From: an uncultured delta proteobacterium
Lineage (GTDB): Bacteria > Myxococcota_A > Polyangia > Fen-1088
Length of the DNA: 64,000 nt
Reading direction: 5' to 3'
Assembly: GCA_963767925.1 (NCBI GenBank)
Contig: CAVYGB010000002.1
Span: 960,001-1,024,000, forward strand
The notes under the pieces were generated by a model. The model did not search any database. It was not told the DNA's origin and saw only the letters and a list, made by a program, of their open reading frames with translations. Shown here one piece after another: positions 1 through 11,870 of the stretch. Each line of letters starts with the position of its first letter. Within the stretch, counting starts at the first letter, position 1. The position numbers and the translations under genes were made by a program.

Positions 1-944
1 CCAGACGCATCGGGGCGGGCGACCTCGGCGGCTCCCTCCACGTACGACAGCGGGACGAGATCGGGGAGCTGGCGGCCGAGATGAACCGGATGTGCGAGCG
101 GCTGCGCGAGGCCAACGACCGCCTGCAGCGCGAGACGGCCGCGCGCATCGGGGCGATCGAGCAACTCCGGCACGCCGACCGGCTGCGCACGGTGGGGACG
201 CTGGCCTCGGGCATCGCCCACGAGCTGGGGACGCCGCTCAACGTGGTGGCCGGGCGTGCCAAGATGGTCGCCAGCGGCGAAGCCACCGGCGCCGAGGCGG
301 CCGACAGCTGCCGGATCGTCGTCGAGCAGGTCGATCGGATCGCCAAGATCATCCGGCAGCTCCTCGATTTTGCCCGCCGCCGCGCCCCCGACCGGGGCCC
401 GTGCCAGCTCGAGGGCCTCGCCCGACAGACCCTGAACCTGCTGAGCCCGATGGCGCAGAAGCGGGGCGTGACGCTGGAGCTGGAGCCGAGCACCGCCGAC
501 CTGCAGGCCGAGATCGACGCCGGGCAGGTCCAGCAGGCGCTCGCCAATCTGGTGGTCAACGGCATCCAGTCGATGAAACGTGCCGGCAAGGTCACGGTCG
601 GCCTCTCTCCGGCGCATCTGACCCCGCCCGCCGACCCCGGGGGCCCGCCCGGCGACTACGCCAGACTCACGGTGAAGGACGAGGGCGCGGGCATCCCCGA
701 AGAGCTCCTCCCCCGCATCTTCGAGCCGTTTTTCACCACCAAGGAGGTCGGCGAGGGCACCGGGCTCGGCCTCTCGGTCGCCTACGGGATCGCGCGCGAC
801 CACGGCGGTTGGATCGCGGCCGAGAGCTGCGCCGACGGGGGCAGCCGCTTCGATCTGGTCCTGCCGATCTCGGATTCGATCGTCCCGCCACGCCACGGAA
901 GCTCGACCGCATCGGGGAAAGCGCAGGCGGACGCGGGGGCCTGA
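1..944 (+). CDS. HAMP-domain sensor histidine kinase (5'-partial)
   Basis: Open frame runs off the window start; HAMP-like RRIGAGDL...[12 protein letters not shown]-box [11 protein letters not shown]-box NLVVNG, G boxes DEGAGI and [14 protein letters not shown]. Confidence 0.93.
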   Translation, partial: RRIGAGDLGGSLHVRQRDEIGELAAEMNRMCERLREANDRLQRETAARIGAIEQLRHADRLRTVGTLASGIAHELGTPLNVVAGRAKMVASGEATGAEAADSCRIVVEQVDRIAKIIRQLLDFARRRAPDRGPCQLEGLARQTLNLLSPMAQKRGVTLELEPSTADLQAEIDAGQVQQALANLVVNGIQSMKRAGKVTVGLSPAHLTPPADPGGPPGDYARLTVKDEGAGIPEELLPRIFEPFFTTKEVGEGTGLGLSVAYGIARDHGGWIAAESCADGGSRFDLVLPISDSIVPPRHGSSTASGKAQADAGA

Positions 945-973
945 GGCCGCCCGCCCGCCGGCCCGAAAGCCGC

Positions 974-1354
974 ATGATTCCAGATCCAGTTCGCAAGTTC
1001 ATCGCCGAGCACATCGACTCGGTCGAGCAGCTCGAGGTGCTGATCTTGCTGCGGGCGAACCGGGACCGTGCCTTCACGGTCTCCGAGGTCAACGACCGGA
1101 TCAAGAGCAGCGCCACCTCGGTCGAGGGCCGGCTCTCCGATCTGACGGGGCAGGGCTTCCTCCAGCACACCGACCGCAGCTATCGCTACGAGGCCAGTCC
1201 CGAGGTGGACGCCACCGTGGCCGACCTGGCGAGCGCCTATGCCGAGCGGCGGGTGTCGGTGATCGAGCTCATCTTCTCCAAGCCCACCGACAAGCTCCGG
1301 GCCTTCGCCGATGCCTTCAAGGTGGGCAAGAAAAGGCGGGAACCAGATGGCTGA
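974..1354 (+). CDS. small conserved hypothetical protein, probable winged-helix fold
   Basis: ATG 974: MIPDPVRKFIAEHIDSVEQLEVLILLR...LSDLTGQGFL...LRAFADAFK; overlaps next gene. Confidence 0.8.
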   Translation: MIPDPVRKFIAEHIDSVEQLEVLILLRANRDRAFTVSEVNDRIKSSATSVEGRLSDLTGQGFLQHTDRSYRYEASPEVDATVADLASAYAERRVSVIELIFSKPTDKLRAFADAFKVGKKRREPDG

Positions 1355-1607
1355 GATCATCTATGCACTGTGTGCCTTGACCAGCTTCGCCTGCGCCGTC
1401 TTGCTGGGCCGGAGCTGGGTGCAGCAGCGGGAGCAGCGCCTGTTGCTCTGGAGCACGGCCTGCTTCGCCGCGCTGGCCCTCAACAGCCTCATCCTGGTGG
1501 TCGACCTGATCTTCGTGCCCGAGGTAGACCTCGGGCTGCTGCGGAACATCGTCGCCCTGGTGGGGGTAACTTTCCTGCTCGGGGGCCTCATCTGGGAGAC
1601 GACATGA
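1347..1607 (+). CDS. DUF5985-like small membrane protein
   Basis: MAEIIYALCALTSFACAVLL...RLLLWSTACF...GGLIWE; 3 hydrophobic segments. Confidence 0.8.
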   Translation: MAEIIYALCALTSFACAVLLGRSWVQQREQRLLLWSTACFAALALNSLILVVDLIFVPEVDLGLLRNIVALVGVTFLLGGLIWETT

Positions 1608-1882
1608 TCGCGGCGGCCTTCCTGTCCGGGGCGATCATGCTGGCGTGCGCCGCCTGCGCGCTCTTTTTCCTTCGCTCCTGGCGGCGCACCGGCGACCGGC
1701 TGTTCGGTTTTTTCGCCCTCGCCTTCGCCCTGCTGGCGATCGAGCGCTGGACGCTGGTCCTGCTATCGGCGGCCTACGAGCTGGGCTATTCCATCTACGG
1801 GATCCGCCTGGCCGCCTTCGTCGTCATCCTGATCGCCATCGTCGACAAGAACCGGTCCGGGGATCGCCCCAACCCTCCCTGA
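1604..1882 (+). CDS. DUF5985-like small membrane protein (second paralogue)
   Basis: ATGA overlap; MIAAAFLSGAIM..FFLRSWRRTGDRLF..IRLAAFVVILIAIVDKNR. Confidence 0.82.
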   Translation: MIAAAFLSGAIMLACAACALFFLRSWRRTGDRLFGFFALAFALLAIERWTLVLLSAAYELGYSIYGIRLAAFVVILIAIVDKNRSGDRPNPP

Positions 1883-1887
1883 GCCGC

Positions 1888-4101
1888 TCAAGCGGCCGAG
1901 ATCCGCGCTTCGCCGGCGGCCGGCTCCTGGCTCAGCGCGCGGAGCAGCTCGCGCACCCGTCCCACGTCCGGCAGGCGGTAGCCCGCCCGGCTGTCGCCAG
2001 AGCCGACGTGAATGCTGCCCGCCCCGGCCGGCAAGGCGGCGAACAGATCTTCGTCGGTCCGGTCGTCCCCGATGGCGAGCAGGAACGCCCCGGGGTGTCG
2101 GCGCAAGATCCCGGGTACGATTCGACCCTTGTCGATCCCGTGCGGGCGCACCTCGATCACCTTGTTGCCGGCCAGGATCTCCAGGGGGGCGTTGCTCAGC
2201 AGCTCGTGCAGGTGAAGCCTCAGCTCGTTGGCCTGCTGCAAGCCGAACTCGGGGTCGGCCGCCCGGTAGTGCCAGCCCAGCCCGGCGGGCTTCTCCTCGA
2301 CCAGCGACCCGGGCGTGCGGCTGGCGTAGTCGTTCAGGATGGCGAGGACGCGGCTGCGCCAGGCCTGCACCGGCGGCTCGTCCGCCTGGCCCGCGCCGCC
2401 CGCCGGTCGAGACCACAGCCCGTGCTCGGCGTGCAGATGGATCGGTAGACCGCCCAGCCAGTGCTCGAGGGACTCCCGGGTGCGACCGCTGACCACGTGC
2501 ACCTCGGTCGACGGCCGGGCGGCCAGGGCTTGCAGCAGCGCCATCGCCTCTGCGTCGGGGCGGGCCAGGTCGGGCGTCTGGGCGAACGGGACCAGCGTGC
2601 CATCGTAGTCGAGGAGCAAGACCAGCGGTCGCGCGGCCCGGGCCCGCGCGAGCAGCTCGTCCAGCGCCGCCGGTTCGGAGATCTCGGGTCGCAGGCGGCG
2701 AACCTCGTCGGTCCGGGCCAACCTGTCGAGGATCAGCCCCGCCCAGCGATCCACGTTGTGAGACAGCACCCGCCCGCGCAACGCCCGCATGCGCGACCGC
2801 CGCTCCTCGAGCGGCATGTGGAGGGCGCGGTGGATGGCGTCGGCCGTCCCCTCGATGTCGTAGGGGTTGACCGGCACCGCCTCGGCAAGCTCGCTGGCCG
2901 CCCCCGCGAACTCACTCAGCAGCAGGACCCCATCCTCGTCCACGCGGGCGGCGACGAACTCCTTGGCGACCAGGTTCATGCCGTCGCGCAAGGGGGTCAC
3001 CAGCAGCGCGTCCGCCGAGCCGTACAGGGCGACCACCTCCTCGGGGGTCTCGTTTCGGTAGATGTAGTGGAGCGGCGTCCAGTCGGCGGTTCCGAACTCG
3101 CCGTTGATGCGCCCGATCAGCGTGTGCACCTGGTCCCGGAACTCGCGGTACCGCTCGACCCGGGTGCGGGAGGGGACCGCCACCTGGAGCAGTTTGACCC
3201 GACCGCGCAGCTCGGGGTATCGCCGCAACAGCGTCTCGAAGGCCAGCAGGCGGCGGGGGATCCCCTTCGTGTAGTCGAGCCGATCGATCCCTACCAGCAG
3301 GCGCATCCCCTCCGGCTGAACGGCCCGCAAGGCCGCCACCCGCTCTTGCACCTTCGGGCTCCGGGCCAGCCGCTCGAAGTCGGCGGCGTCGACCCCCATC
3401 GGGAAAACGCCCACCTCGACCCGCCGCCCCTGCCACCTTATCGCGTCCACCTCGAGCGGGGCGCCCAGGGTCCGCAGGGTGCACGAGCCGAAGTGGCGCA
3501 TGTAGGCGGCCGTATGAAACCCCACCAGGTCGGCGCCCAGCAGGCCCGAGAGCAACTTCTCCCGGAAGGGCAGCACCCGGAACACGTCCGACGAGGGAAA
3601 GGGGACGTGCAGAAAAAATCCGATGCGCGCGGCCGGTAGCCGCTCCCGCACCATCTGGGGCACCAGCATGAGCTGGTAGTCGTGGATCCAGATCAGATCG
3701 CCCGGACGATGTCGTTCCACCACCGCGTCCGCGAACCGCCGGTTCATCTTCTCGTAGAGATCGAAGCCGGGAAAACGATAGGGGAGCTGACCGACCAGAT
3801 AATGCAGGGTCGGCCAGAGCACGCCGTTGCAGAAGCTCTCGTAGAACCCCTCCACCTCCTCGGGGCTCAGCGCCACCGGCGCCAGCCGCCAGCTCTCGAG
3901 CTGCTCCGAAACCTTGGTCCCCTCGGCCGCCGTGAGCTCGCCTGCATCGCCGGGCCAGCCCACCCATACCCCGTTCGATCGCGCGTGCACGCCGGCGAGG
4001 CCGGTGGCCAGCCCGCCCGAGCTGCGCTGTAGCTGGAGCCCGCCCTCCGTCCTCGCCACCGACACCGGCAAACGATTCGACACGATCAGGACGCGGTTCA
4101 T
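1888..4101 (-). CDS. otsAB: bifunctional trehalose-6-phosphate synthase/phosphatase (GT20 + HAD)
   Basis: [44 protein letters not shown] motifs LDYDGTL and [15 protein letters not shown] before ATG 4101. Confidence 0.95.
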   Translation of the reverse strand: MNRVLIVSNRLPVSVARTEGGLQLQRSSGGLATGLAGVHARSNGVWVGWPGDAGELTAAEGTKVSEQLESWRLAPVALSPEEVEGFYESFCNGVLWPTLHYLVGQLPYRFPGFDLYEKMNRRFADAVVERHRPGDLIWIHDYQLMLVPQMVRERLPAARIGFFLHVPFPSSDVFRVLPFREKLLSGLLGADLVGFHTAAYMRHFGSCTLRTLGAPLEVDAIRWQGRRVEVGVFPMGVDAADFERLARSPKVQERVAALRAVQPEGMRLLVGIDRLDYTKGIPRRLLAFETLLRRYPELRGRVKLLQVAVPSRTRVERYREFRDQVHTLIGRINGEFGTADWTPLHYIYRNETPEEVVALYGSADALLVTPLRDGMNLVAKEFVAARVDEDGVLLLSEFAGAASELAEAVPVNPYDIEGTADAIHRALHMPLEERRSRMRALRGRVLSHNVDRWAGLILDRLARTDEVRRLRPEISEPAALDELLARARAARPLVLLLDYDGTLVPFAQTPDLARPDAEAMALLQALAARPSTEVHVVSGRTRESLEHWLGGLPIHLHAEHGLWSRPAGGAGQADEPPVQAWRSRVLAILNDYASRTPGSLVEEKPAGLGWHYRAADPEFGLQQANELRLHLHELLSNAPLEILAGNKVIEVRPHGIDKGRIVPGILRRHPGAFLLAIGDDRTDEDLFAALPAGAGSIHVGSGDSRAGYRLPDVGRVRELLRALSQEPAAGEARISAA

Positions 4102-4390
4102 GCTGGACAACTCCTTGGCGCACTGGCGCCGCCACCATCCGAGACGCAATCCGTGTGCCGCCCGCGCCCCCATCGCCCGCGCGGCACCGAGGCGTGGGGC
4201 GGGCGGGCGACCCATGCGACCCCCGCTCGAAAGTCATTGAAGTCGAACGGTTTGTCGACGCGAGCGCGGGCGCTCGAGCGGGGCGATCCACCGAGGCGGA
4301 TTGCCCCGCGGGGCCAAAGGACACGCACGTCCGCCACGCGAGCCTGACAGCGATCGGTGCGGACGGCCCTCGAGCCGCTGACGGCCGGCG

Positions 4391-5113
4391 CTATCGCCCG
4401 GCAGGGCTGCCGAGGACCGAGGTCGAGAGCGCAGGTCGCTGGCGAACCGGGCTCTGGCCGAGGCGAACGAGGTCGAGATCGAGCTGCAGTCGGCCCCGTA
4501 TCCAGTCGAAGTCGCTCACCCACTCCCTGGAGACGAGGGCCTGCTTGCCCAGCCGCCAGGTCCGCGCGTCGATGGCCAGCTGGCGCACCATCCAGGTCGC
4601 CGCGTCGATCAGGACGTCGTCGACCCGACCCGCATGACCATCGCGGGCGAGCACCTCGAAGCCGACCAGACGGCGGGCGCCACGGAGGTGGGGGTCGTGG
4701 TCGGCGGGTTGATCGCCGACCAGTGACCCCGCGCAGCCGCTCTGCGCGGGGCGAAACGGCGGTTGACTCTCCGCGAAGCCTCGACCGAGGGCAGGCCAAT
4801 ATGCGGGCCAGCCGAAGTGCCGGTAGTAGAGCTCGACCTGGCGCTGCGAAAAGGGCTGGTTCACCTCGACCAGCGGACGTCTCTCCACCTGCAAGCGCGT
4901 GACGGTCAGATCGATGGACCGGCTCTGGACGTCCCAGCGCTGGACCGCCAGTGGGTGCATCAGGATCCGCCCAGCCTGCCCGGACCTGGGCTCGACCACC
5001 AGGTGTCGGACCTGCCAGGTGACTTCGTCGAACGAGATGTCGTGCAACTGCCCGAGCTCGCCGTCGCGGGCGTTGAGCTTGTAGGCGGTCAAATCGCTCA
5101 CACCGATGAGCAT
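4391..5113 (-). CDS. tandem PRC-barrel domain protein
   Basis: ARDGELGQLHDISFDEVTWQVRHLVV and ARDGHAGRVDDVLIDAATWMVRQL; YYRHFGWPAYW; DPHLR. Confidence 0.85.
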   Translation of the reverse strand: MLIGVSDLTAYKLNARDGELGQLHDISFDEVTWQVRHLVVEPRSGQAGRILMHPLAVQRWDVQSRSIDLTVTRLQVERRPLVEVNQPFSQRQVELYYRHFGWPAYWPALGRGFAESQPPFRPAQSGCAGSLVGDQPADHDPHLRGARRLVGFEVLARDGHAGRVDDVLIDAATWMVRQLAIDARTWRLGKQALVSREWVSDFDWIRGRLQLDLDLVRLGQSPVRQRPALSTSVLGSPAGR

Positions 5114-5139
5114 GGCAGTGGTCTCCGAGGGCCCGACGG

Positions 5140-5155
5140 AGCAAGCAACGTGCCA
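5140..5155 (-). promoter_or_regulatory. sigma-54 promoter of the PRC-barrel gene
   Basis: Minus strand TGGCACGTTGCTTGCT matches TGGCACG-N4-TTGCW exactly, about 27 nt upstream of ATG 5113. Confidence 0.75.
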
Positions 5156-5461
5156 CCGGTCCGAGGATCGCAAGATGTCGAGCTGAGCTGCGCTCGGGTC
5201 AACGCCCGGTCGTTTGGCGTGAGAAGTCGACGCCTGGCCGGCCAACGTTGGTGGCACGTTGCCTCGACGAGGCAAAACGACACGTTCTGGGGACTGGATT
5301 GCGCCGTCCCACGATGGGGCGGCCATGGCGCCACGACCTCCTGCCGACGCACCGGCCTCTCGCTTCACGCGCCGGCTGCTGCCCGCGGTCGCCAGGGACG
5401 CGCCCGGCCGCCCGGCCCGGCCGCTGGCGATGCCGTGGTACGCTGCTCGTGCGATCTCCTC

Positions 5462-6586
5462 ATGGCCGTGTTCAACCTCGACTACGAAGGTGTCTGGCTG
5501 GGGCCGCTGGCCTCCGCGGGGGTGCTGCTGGCGGCATGGCTGCTGGGCCTGCTCATTCATCGCGTGCTGTTCTGGGCCCTGGAACGGCTGAGTCGGCGCA
5601 CCGTCACGGTCTGGGACAACCGGGCCATCGAATACACCCGCCGGCCGAGCCGGGTGCTGCTTCCCCTGCTGGTCCTGAACCTCGTGGTGCCGTCCCTGAC
5701 GATCCCGGTGGCCGCCCTCGGAGTCCTCCAGCACCTGACCAAGCTTCTGTCCATCGCGGCTATTGCCCACCTGCTGATCAGCCTGGTCTTCCTGCTCCGG
5801 GATTTGCTGCTCGCTCGCCACGATCTCGCCGCGGCCGACAACCTCCGGGCTCGCCAGATGCACACCCAGATCAGGGTGCTGGAAAAGGCCCTCATCTCCA
5901 TCGTGGTGGTGTCCACGGCGGCCTTCATGTTGATGACCTTCGACGGGATCCGTCAGGTCGGCGTCAGCATCCTGGCCTCGGCCGGCATCGCCGGAATCGT
6001 CATCGGGCTGGCGGCCCAGAAGAGCATCAGCACGCTGCTCGCTGGCGTGCAGATCGCGCTGACCCAGCCGATCCGAGTCGAAGACGTCGTCATCGTGGAG
6101 GGCGAATGGGGACGCGTCGAGGACATCACCCTCACCTACGTCGTCATCCGGATCTGGGACCTGCGCCGCCTGATCGTACCCATCACTTACTTCATCGAAA
6201 AGCCGTTCCAGAACTGGACCCGAGCCTCGTCCGAGATCCTCGGCACGGTCTTCCTGTACGTTGACTACACGATCCCGGTCGAGGAGGTTCGCCTGGAGCT
6301 GCGGAGGCTGGCAGAGCGATCCGACCTGTGGGACCGAAAAGTCTGCGGACTGCAGGTGACCGATTGCAAGGCCAACGTCCTGGAGCTGCGGGTCCTGGTC
6401 AGCGCCGCGGACGCCTCGAGAGCATGGGACCTGCGCTGCCATCTGCGCGAGGCGCTGGTGTCGTTCGTGCAGCGGAAGTACCCCCGCAGCCTCCCGCGCC
6501 TGCGGGCCGAGATCGGGGGGGATGGTGTTCCAGACGACAGGGAGAGTGGTCCGCCCCCGAGCTCGCCCACCGCGAACGCTACCTGA
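5462..6586 (+). CDS. mscS: small-conductance mechanosensitive channel (MscS family)
   Basis: GVSILASAGIAGIVIGLAAQ, QPIRVEDVVIVEGEWGRVEDITLTY, WDLRC. Confidence 0.92.
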   Translation: MAVFNLDYEGVWLGPLASAGVLLAAWLLGLLIHRVLFWALERLSRRTVTVWDNRAIEYTRRPSRVLLPLLVLNLVVPSLTIPVAALGVLQHLTKLLSIAAIAHLLISLVFLLRDLLLARHDLAAADNLRARQMHTQIRVLEKALISIVVVSTAAFMLMTFDGIRQVGVSILASAGIAGIVIGLAAQKSISTLLAGVQIALTQPIRVEDVVIVEGEWGRVEDITLTYVVIRIWDLRRLIVPITYFIEKPFQNWTRASSEILGTVFLYVDYTIPVEEVRLELRRLAERSDLWDRKVCGLQVTDCKANVLELRVLVSAADASRAWDLRCHLREALVSFVQRKYPRSLPRLRAEIGGDGVPDDRESGPPPSSPTANAT

Positions 6587-6953
6587 CCAGCGCGTCCCAT
6601 GAACCTCGTCCGGCCTGGCGATCGAGGCCCGGCCACCCAGGGAAGCGGACCCGCAGGGCTCGGCCCCGGATCAGAGAGGTCCCTTCGCGCGGATGATCCA
6701 GTGACCGTCGGCCCCGAAGGCGCTGCAGCCGCCGGTGGCCCTCTCCGAGGCCCGCCGAGACCAAATTGAGGGCGATACCGTACCAGGAGGTCCTGGGGTT
6801 GATACGGGAGGGGGCAGATCTCGAAATTGGGCTGATATTGTGGCGCTGACGCGCCCGGTGACGCTGTCACGAAGCGCGCCTGGACGACGGCTGGCGGTCG
6901 CGGCGATCGCTCTGGTGGAGGCGACCTACCTTATATAGTAGGGGTCTCGGGCG

Positions 6954-8837
<1,884 letters not shown>

Positions 8838-8857
8838 CGGCGAGAGGCAAGTCCCCG

Positions 8858-8902
8858 CGTTGCCCGTTCGCCCTCGCCCCGCGGCAGCGGGGGAGGGGGA
8901 GG
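8858..8902 (-). repeat. REP-like palindromic element, copy 1 (between convergent genes)
   Basis: GTTCGCCCTCGCCCCGCGGCAGCGGGGGAGGGG; matches copies at 24990, 25090 and 29189. Confidence 0.75.
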
Positions 8903-8932
8903 TCTCTCGGCGCCGCGTTCGAGCGGGCGACG

Positions 8933-9319
8933 TCAGGCGCCCATCTTCGCCTTCATGTGGTCCAGGACCGCGAGGTGCTGGTGTTGCGGGCTGAACATGA
9001 TCACCTCGGCGTCCTTCTCGACGCGCACGCTGTGGCCGGGCGGCCAGTAGAAGAGGTCGCCGCCCTTGACCTCGTCCCGGGTGCCGTCCCGGTAGGTCAC
9101 CGTGAGGGCGCCCTCCGCGAGGTACCCCCAGTGCGGCGCCTGGCAGGCGTCGCCCTCCAGCCCCTGGAGCAGCGGGGCGATGTCGGTGCCCGCGCCGAGC
9201 GAGAAGTACTCCGCGCTCATCGTGCCGAACGCCCCCGCCTCTCCGAACCCCGTGCGCACGCGCGCGACGGCCCCGGGGGCCTGGAGCTTGACGGGCACAT
9301 CGTTCTTGTCGATTCGCAT
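8933..9319 (-). CDS. cupin-domain protein
   Basis: GGAGG RBS; CQAPHWGY...GDLFYWPPGH cupin motifs. Confidence 0.88.
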   Translation of the reverse strand: MRIDKNDVPVKLQAPGAVARVRTGFGEAGAFGTMSAEYFSLGAGTDIAPLLQGLEGDACQAPHWGYLAEGALTVTYRDGTRDEVKGGDLFYWPPGHSVRVEKDAEVIMFSPQHQHLAVLDHMKAKMGA

Positions 9320-9376
9320 GTTGGTTCCTCCGTGTTTCGGGTTTCGGTCCTCTCGGCTGTCGCTGCCCACGCAGAA

Positions 9377-9392
9377 CAGACCGGTCGGTCTA
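9377..9392. promoter_or_regulatory. NemR-type operator upstream of cupin gene
   Basis: CAGACC-GGTC-GGTCTA, one mismatch to TAGACC-N4-GGTCTA. Confidence 0.7.
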
Positions 9393-9431
9393 GTAGCAGG
9401 CCCAAAAAAAAGTCCCCGGGGGCGACCGCTC

Positions 9432-10010
9432 CTACCGGGCCGTCGCCGAGTGAAAGTAGAAGTCGAGCATCGCCTGCAGCGGCGCCGGATCCCGCCGGAG
9501 CCGGGTGCGCAGCGCCGCCCCCTCCCAGCAGTCCACCAGGAGCTGGGCCATCTGGCGGACGTCCGCCCCGGGCGGAAGGTCCCCCGCGCGCCGGGCCTCG
9601 TCCAGGCAGCCGGCGATCCGATCCGCGATGGCGGTCAGGCACCAGTCGATCTTGCGCCGGAAGACCTCGCTCACCCCCGACAGCTCCTGCCCCACCCCGC
9701 CGAGGAGGCAGCCCAGATACCCCTGCTCGCGGTACTTGTCCCGCGTCGCCTCGAAGAACCCGCGCACCCGCGCGAGCGGCGCGCGCTGTCCGTCGCCCAG
9801 GCAAGCATCCAGCCCCGCGTGGACCTCCGTCATGTAGAGGTCGATCACCTGGAGCGCGAAGTCCTCCTTGCTCTCGAAGTGGTGATAAAACGAGCCCTTC
9901 GGGACGCCGGCGGCATCCAGAACCGCCTGGATCCCGAGATCGTTGTACCCCCGCTCGAGCAACATCCCGAGCCCCACCTCGAGCAGGCGCTGTTTGGTCG
10001 AATGGTTCAC
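9432..10010 (-). CDS. TetR-family repressor, NemR-like
   Basis: GVPKGSFYHHFESKEDF HTH; GCLLG motif; WEGAALR. Confidence 0.9.
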   Translation of the reverse strand: MNHSTKQRLLEVGLGMLLERGYNDLGIQAVLDAAGVPKGSFYHHFESKEDFALQVIDLYMTEVHAGLDACLGDGQRAPLARVRGFFEATRDKYREQGYLGCLLGGVGQELSGVSEVFRRKIDWCLTAIADRIAGCLDEARRAGDLPPGADVRQMAQLLVDCWEGAALRTRLRRDPAPLQAMLDFYFHSATAR

Positions 10011-10024
10011 GGGGGCGGACCGTC

Positions 10025-10040
10025 TAGACCGATTGGTCTA
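10025..10040. promoter_or_regulatory. NemR-type operator (autoregulatory)
   Basis: TAGACC-GATT-GGTCTA, exact match to the NemR box, about 15 nt upstream of the TetR start. Confidence 0.8.
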
Positions 10041-10190
10041 CGACCATGGTGCCACCGGTCCCCGGGGTCGTCAAGCCCTCCGCGCGGACGGCGCTGGCGG
10101 CCCGCACCGCCGCCGCGCTGTGTGAAAGGCGATGGTCGAGGCGAGATCGGCGAACACCGTCGGGGATCGGCACCATGTTGGACCAGGACG

Positions 10191-11579
10191 ATGGGCTTTT
10201 CCGGATGGATGGCGCTGGGCGGGGCGGTTCTGCTCGCGGTCGGGCTGTCTTCGGGGGTGCTGCGGCGCCTGCCCATCTCGTCCGCGATCGTCTATCTGGC
10301 GGTGGGGCTGGCGCTGGGGCCGCTCGGGTTCGGCTGGCTGAACATCGAGGTGCGGCGCGCGACGCCCTGGCTGGAGCGGCTGACCGAGGTGGCGGTCGTC
10401 GTGTCGCTGTTCATCGGCGGGCTCCGGCTGCGAGCCCCCCTTTGGGCGCCACCCTGGCGGGCGGCGTTCCTCCTCGCCGGGCCGGTCATGATCCTCAGCA
10501 TCGCCGGAGTGGCCCTGTTCGCGCACCTGGCGCTGGGGTTGCCGGCGGCGCCGGCGCTCCTGCTCGGCGCAATCCTCGCGCCCACCGATCCGGTCCTGGC
10601 CAGCGCGCTGGCCGTCAAGGACGCCTCCGATCGGGATCGCCTCCGTTACGGTCTCTCGGGCGAGGCGGGCCTCAACGATGGGATGGCCTTCCCGTTCGTG
10701 GTCTTCGCCCTGCTGTGGGCGGGTCACGAAGGTCCGGGCCTCTGGATGGCCGGCTGGGCCGCCCACCGGCTGCTCTGGGCGGTGGTGATCGGCCTGGCGG
10801 TGGGCTTCCTGGCCGGTCTGGGGGTCGGGCGCATGGCCATGACCCTGCGTCGAGGTCAGCCGGACGACGCGGCCCCGAACGATCTGCTCGCCCTGGGCCT
10901 CATTGCCCTCTCCTACGTGGTGACCGACCTCCTCGGCGGCTGGGGCTTTCTCGCCGCCTTTGCCGCCGGCTTCGGCCTGCGCCGCGCGGAGATCGAGGTG
11001 GTGAAGGACAATCCCCACCCCGACGCCGAGACGGCCGAGCCCCCGGAGGGTGGAGAGCCCCATGCCCATCCACCCGCCGAGGATCTCGTGTCGGCCGGAG
11101 TGAAGGCCAGGGATCTCGAACGGCCCGCCGTGGCGGCCGGCGTGCTGGTCGCCGATGCGCTCTCCTTCGGCGACACCGCCGAACGTCTGCTCGAGCTGAC
11201 CCTCATCGTGCTGGTCGGCGCCTGCCTGGTCACCCACTGGGACGCGCGGGCCCTGCCGCTGGCCCTGGTGCTGTTTTTTGTCATCCGCCCGGCGGCCGTG
11301 GCGCTCTGCCTGCGCCGCTCGCCCACCAGCCGGCCACAGCGCCTGCTGATGGGCTGGTTCGGCCTGCGGGGCATCGGCAGCCTCTATTACCTGACCTACG
11401 CCCTCCGGGAGGCCGGCGCCGCGGGCCCCGCCTCCTCGATCGCCAACCTCACGATCAGCGTCGTCGCCCTCAGCGTGCTCCTGCACGGCATCTCGTCCCG
11501 CCCCCTCCTCCACCGCTATCAACGCTCCCTCGAGCGCCACCCCCCGCCCGCCCCCGCACAGGACGACCGGTCTCCCTGA
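10191..11579 (+). CDS. cation:proton antiporter (CPA1/NhaP-like)
   Basis: LAPTDPVLA, GEAGLNDG, WFGLRGIGSLYYL; many TM segments. Confidence 0.92.
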   Translation: MGFSGWMALGGAVLLAVGLSSGVLRRLPISSAIVYLAVGLALGPLGFGWLNIEVRRATPWLERLTEVAVVVSLFIGGLRLRAPLWAPPWRAAFLLAGPVMILSIAGVALFAHLALGLPAAPALLLGAILAPTDPVLASALAVKDASDRDRLRYGLSGEAGLNDGMAFPFVVFALLWAGHEGPGLWMAGWAAHRLLWAVVIGLAVGFLAGLGVGRMAMTLRRGQPDDAAPNDLLALGLIALSYVVTDLLGGWGFLAAFAAGFGLRRAEIEVVKDNPHPDAETAEPPEGGEPHAHPPAEDLVSAGVKARDLERPAVAAGVLVADALSFGDTAERLLELTLIVLVGACLVTHWDARALPLALVLFFVIRPAAVALCLRRSPTSRPQRLLMGWFGLRGIGSLYYLTYALREAGAAGPASSIANLTISVVALSVLLHGISSRPLLHRYQRSLERHPPPAPAQDDRSP

Positions 11580-11870
11580 AGGCGCGCCCGAGCGGGGAGT
11601 TTCGACCGGGTGGAACGTGCGGGGGGCTGACACAAAACGCGACCGGGAATCCGGGAGGTGGCGGCAACATCGGCGGGGGGGTGCCGAGAAGGTCGGCGTG
11701 ATTCAATTCCAGGCTGTTTCCGGTTCGCGCGTGTCGGAGGACCTGTTCGCCGAGGGCCTATCGAGAGCCGGGCCTCTGGCCCGCGCCGCGGCGGCGGGTG
11801 GCGGAGACCAGATCGAGCTGGCTGCCCGACCGGAGGCGGCGTCGAGCCTGGAGCGGCTGTTCCGCCTAGT

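Noticed and set aside
5251..5267. Sigma-54 promoter for mscS
   Set aside because: The -24 element is present but the -12 GC is missing (TGGCACGTTGCCTCG)
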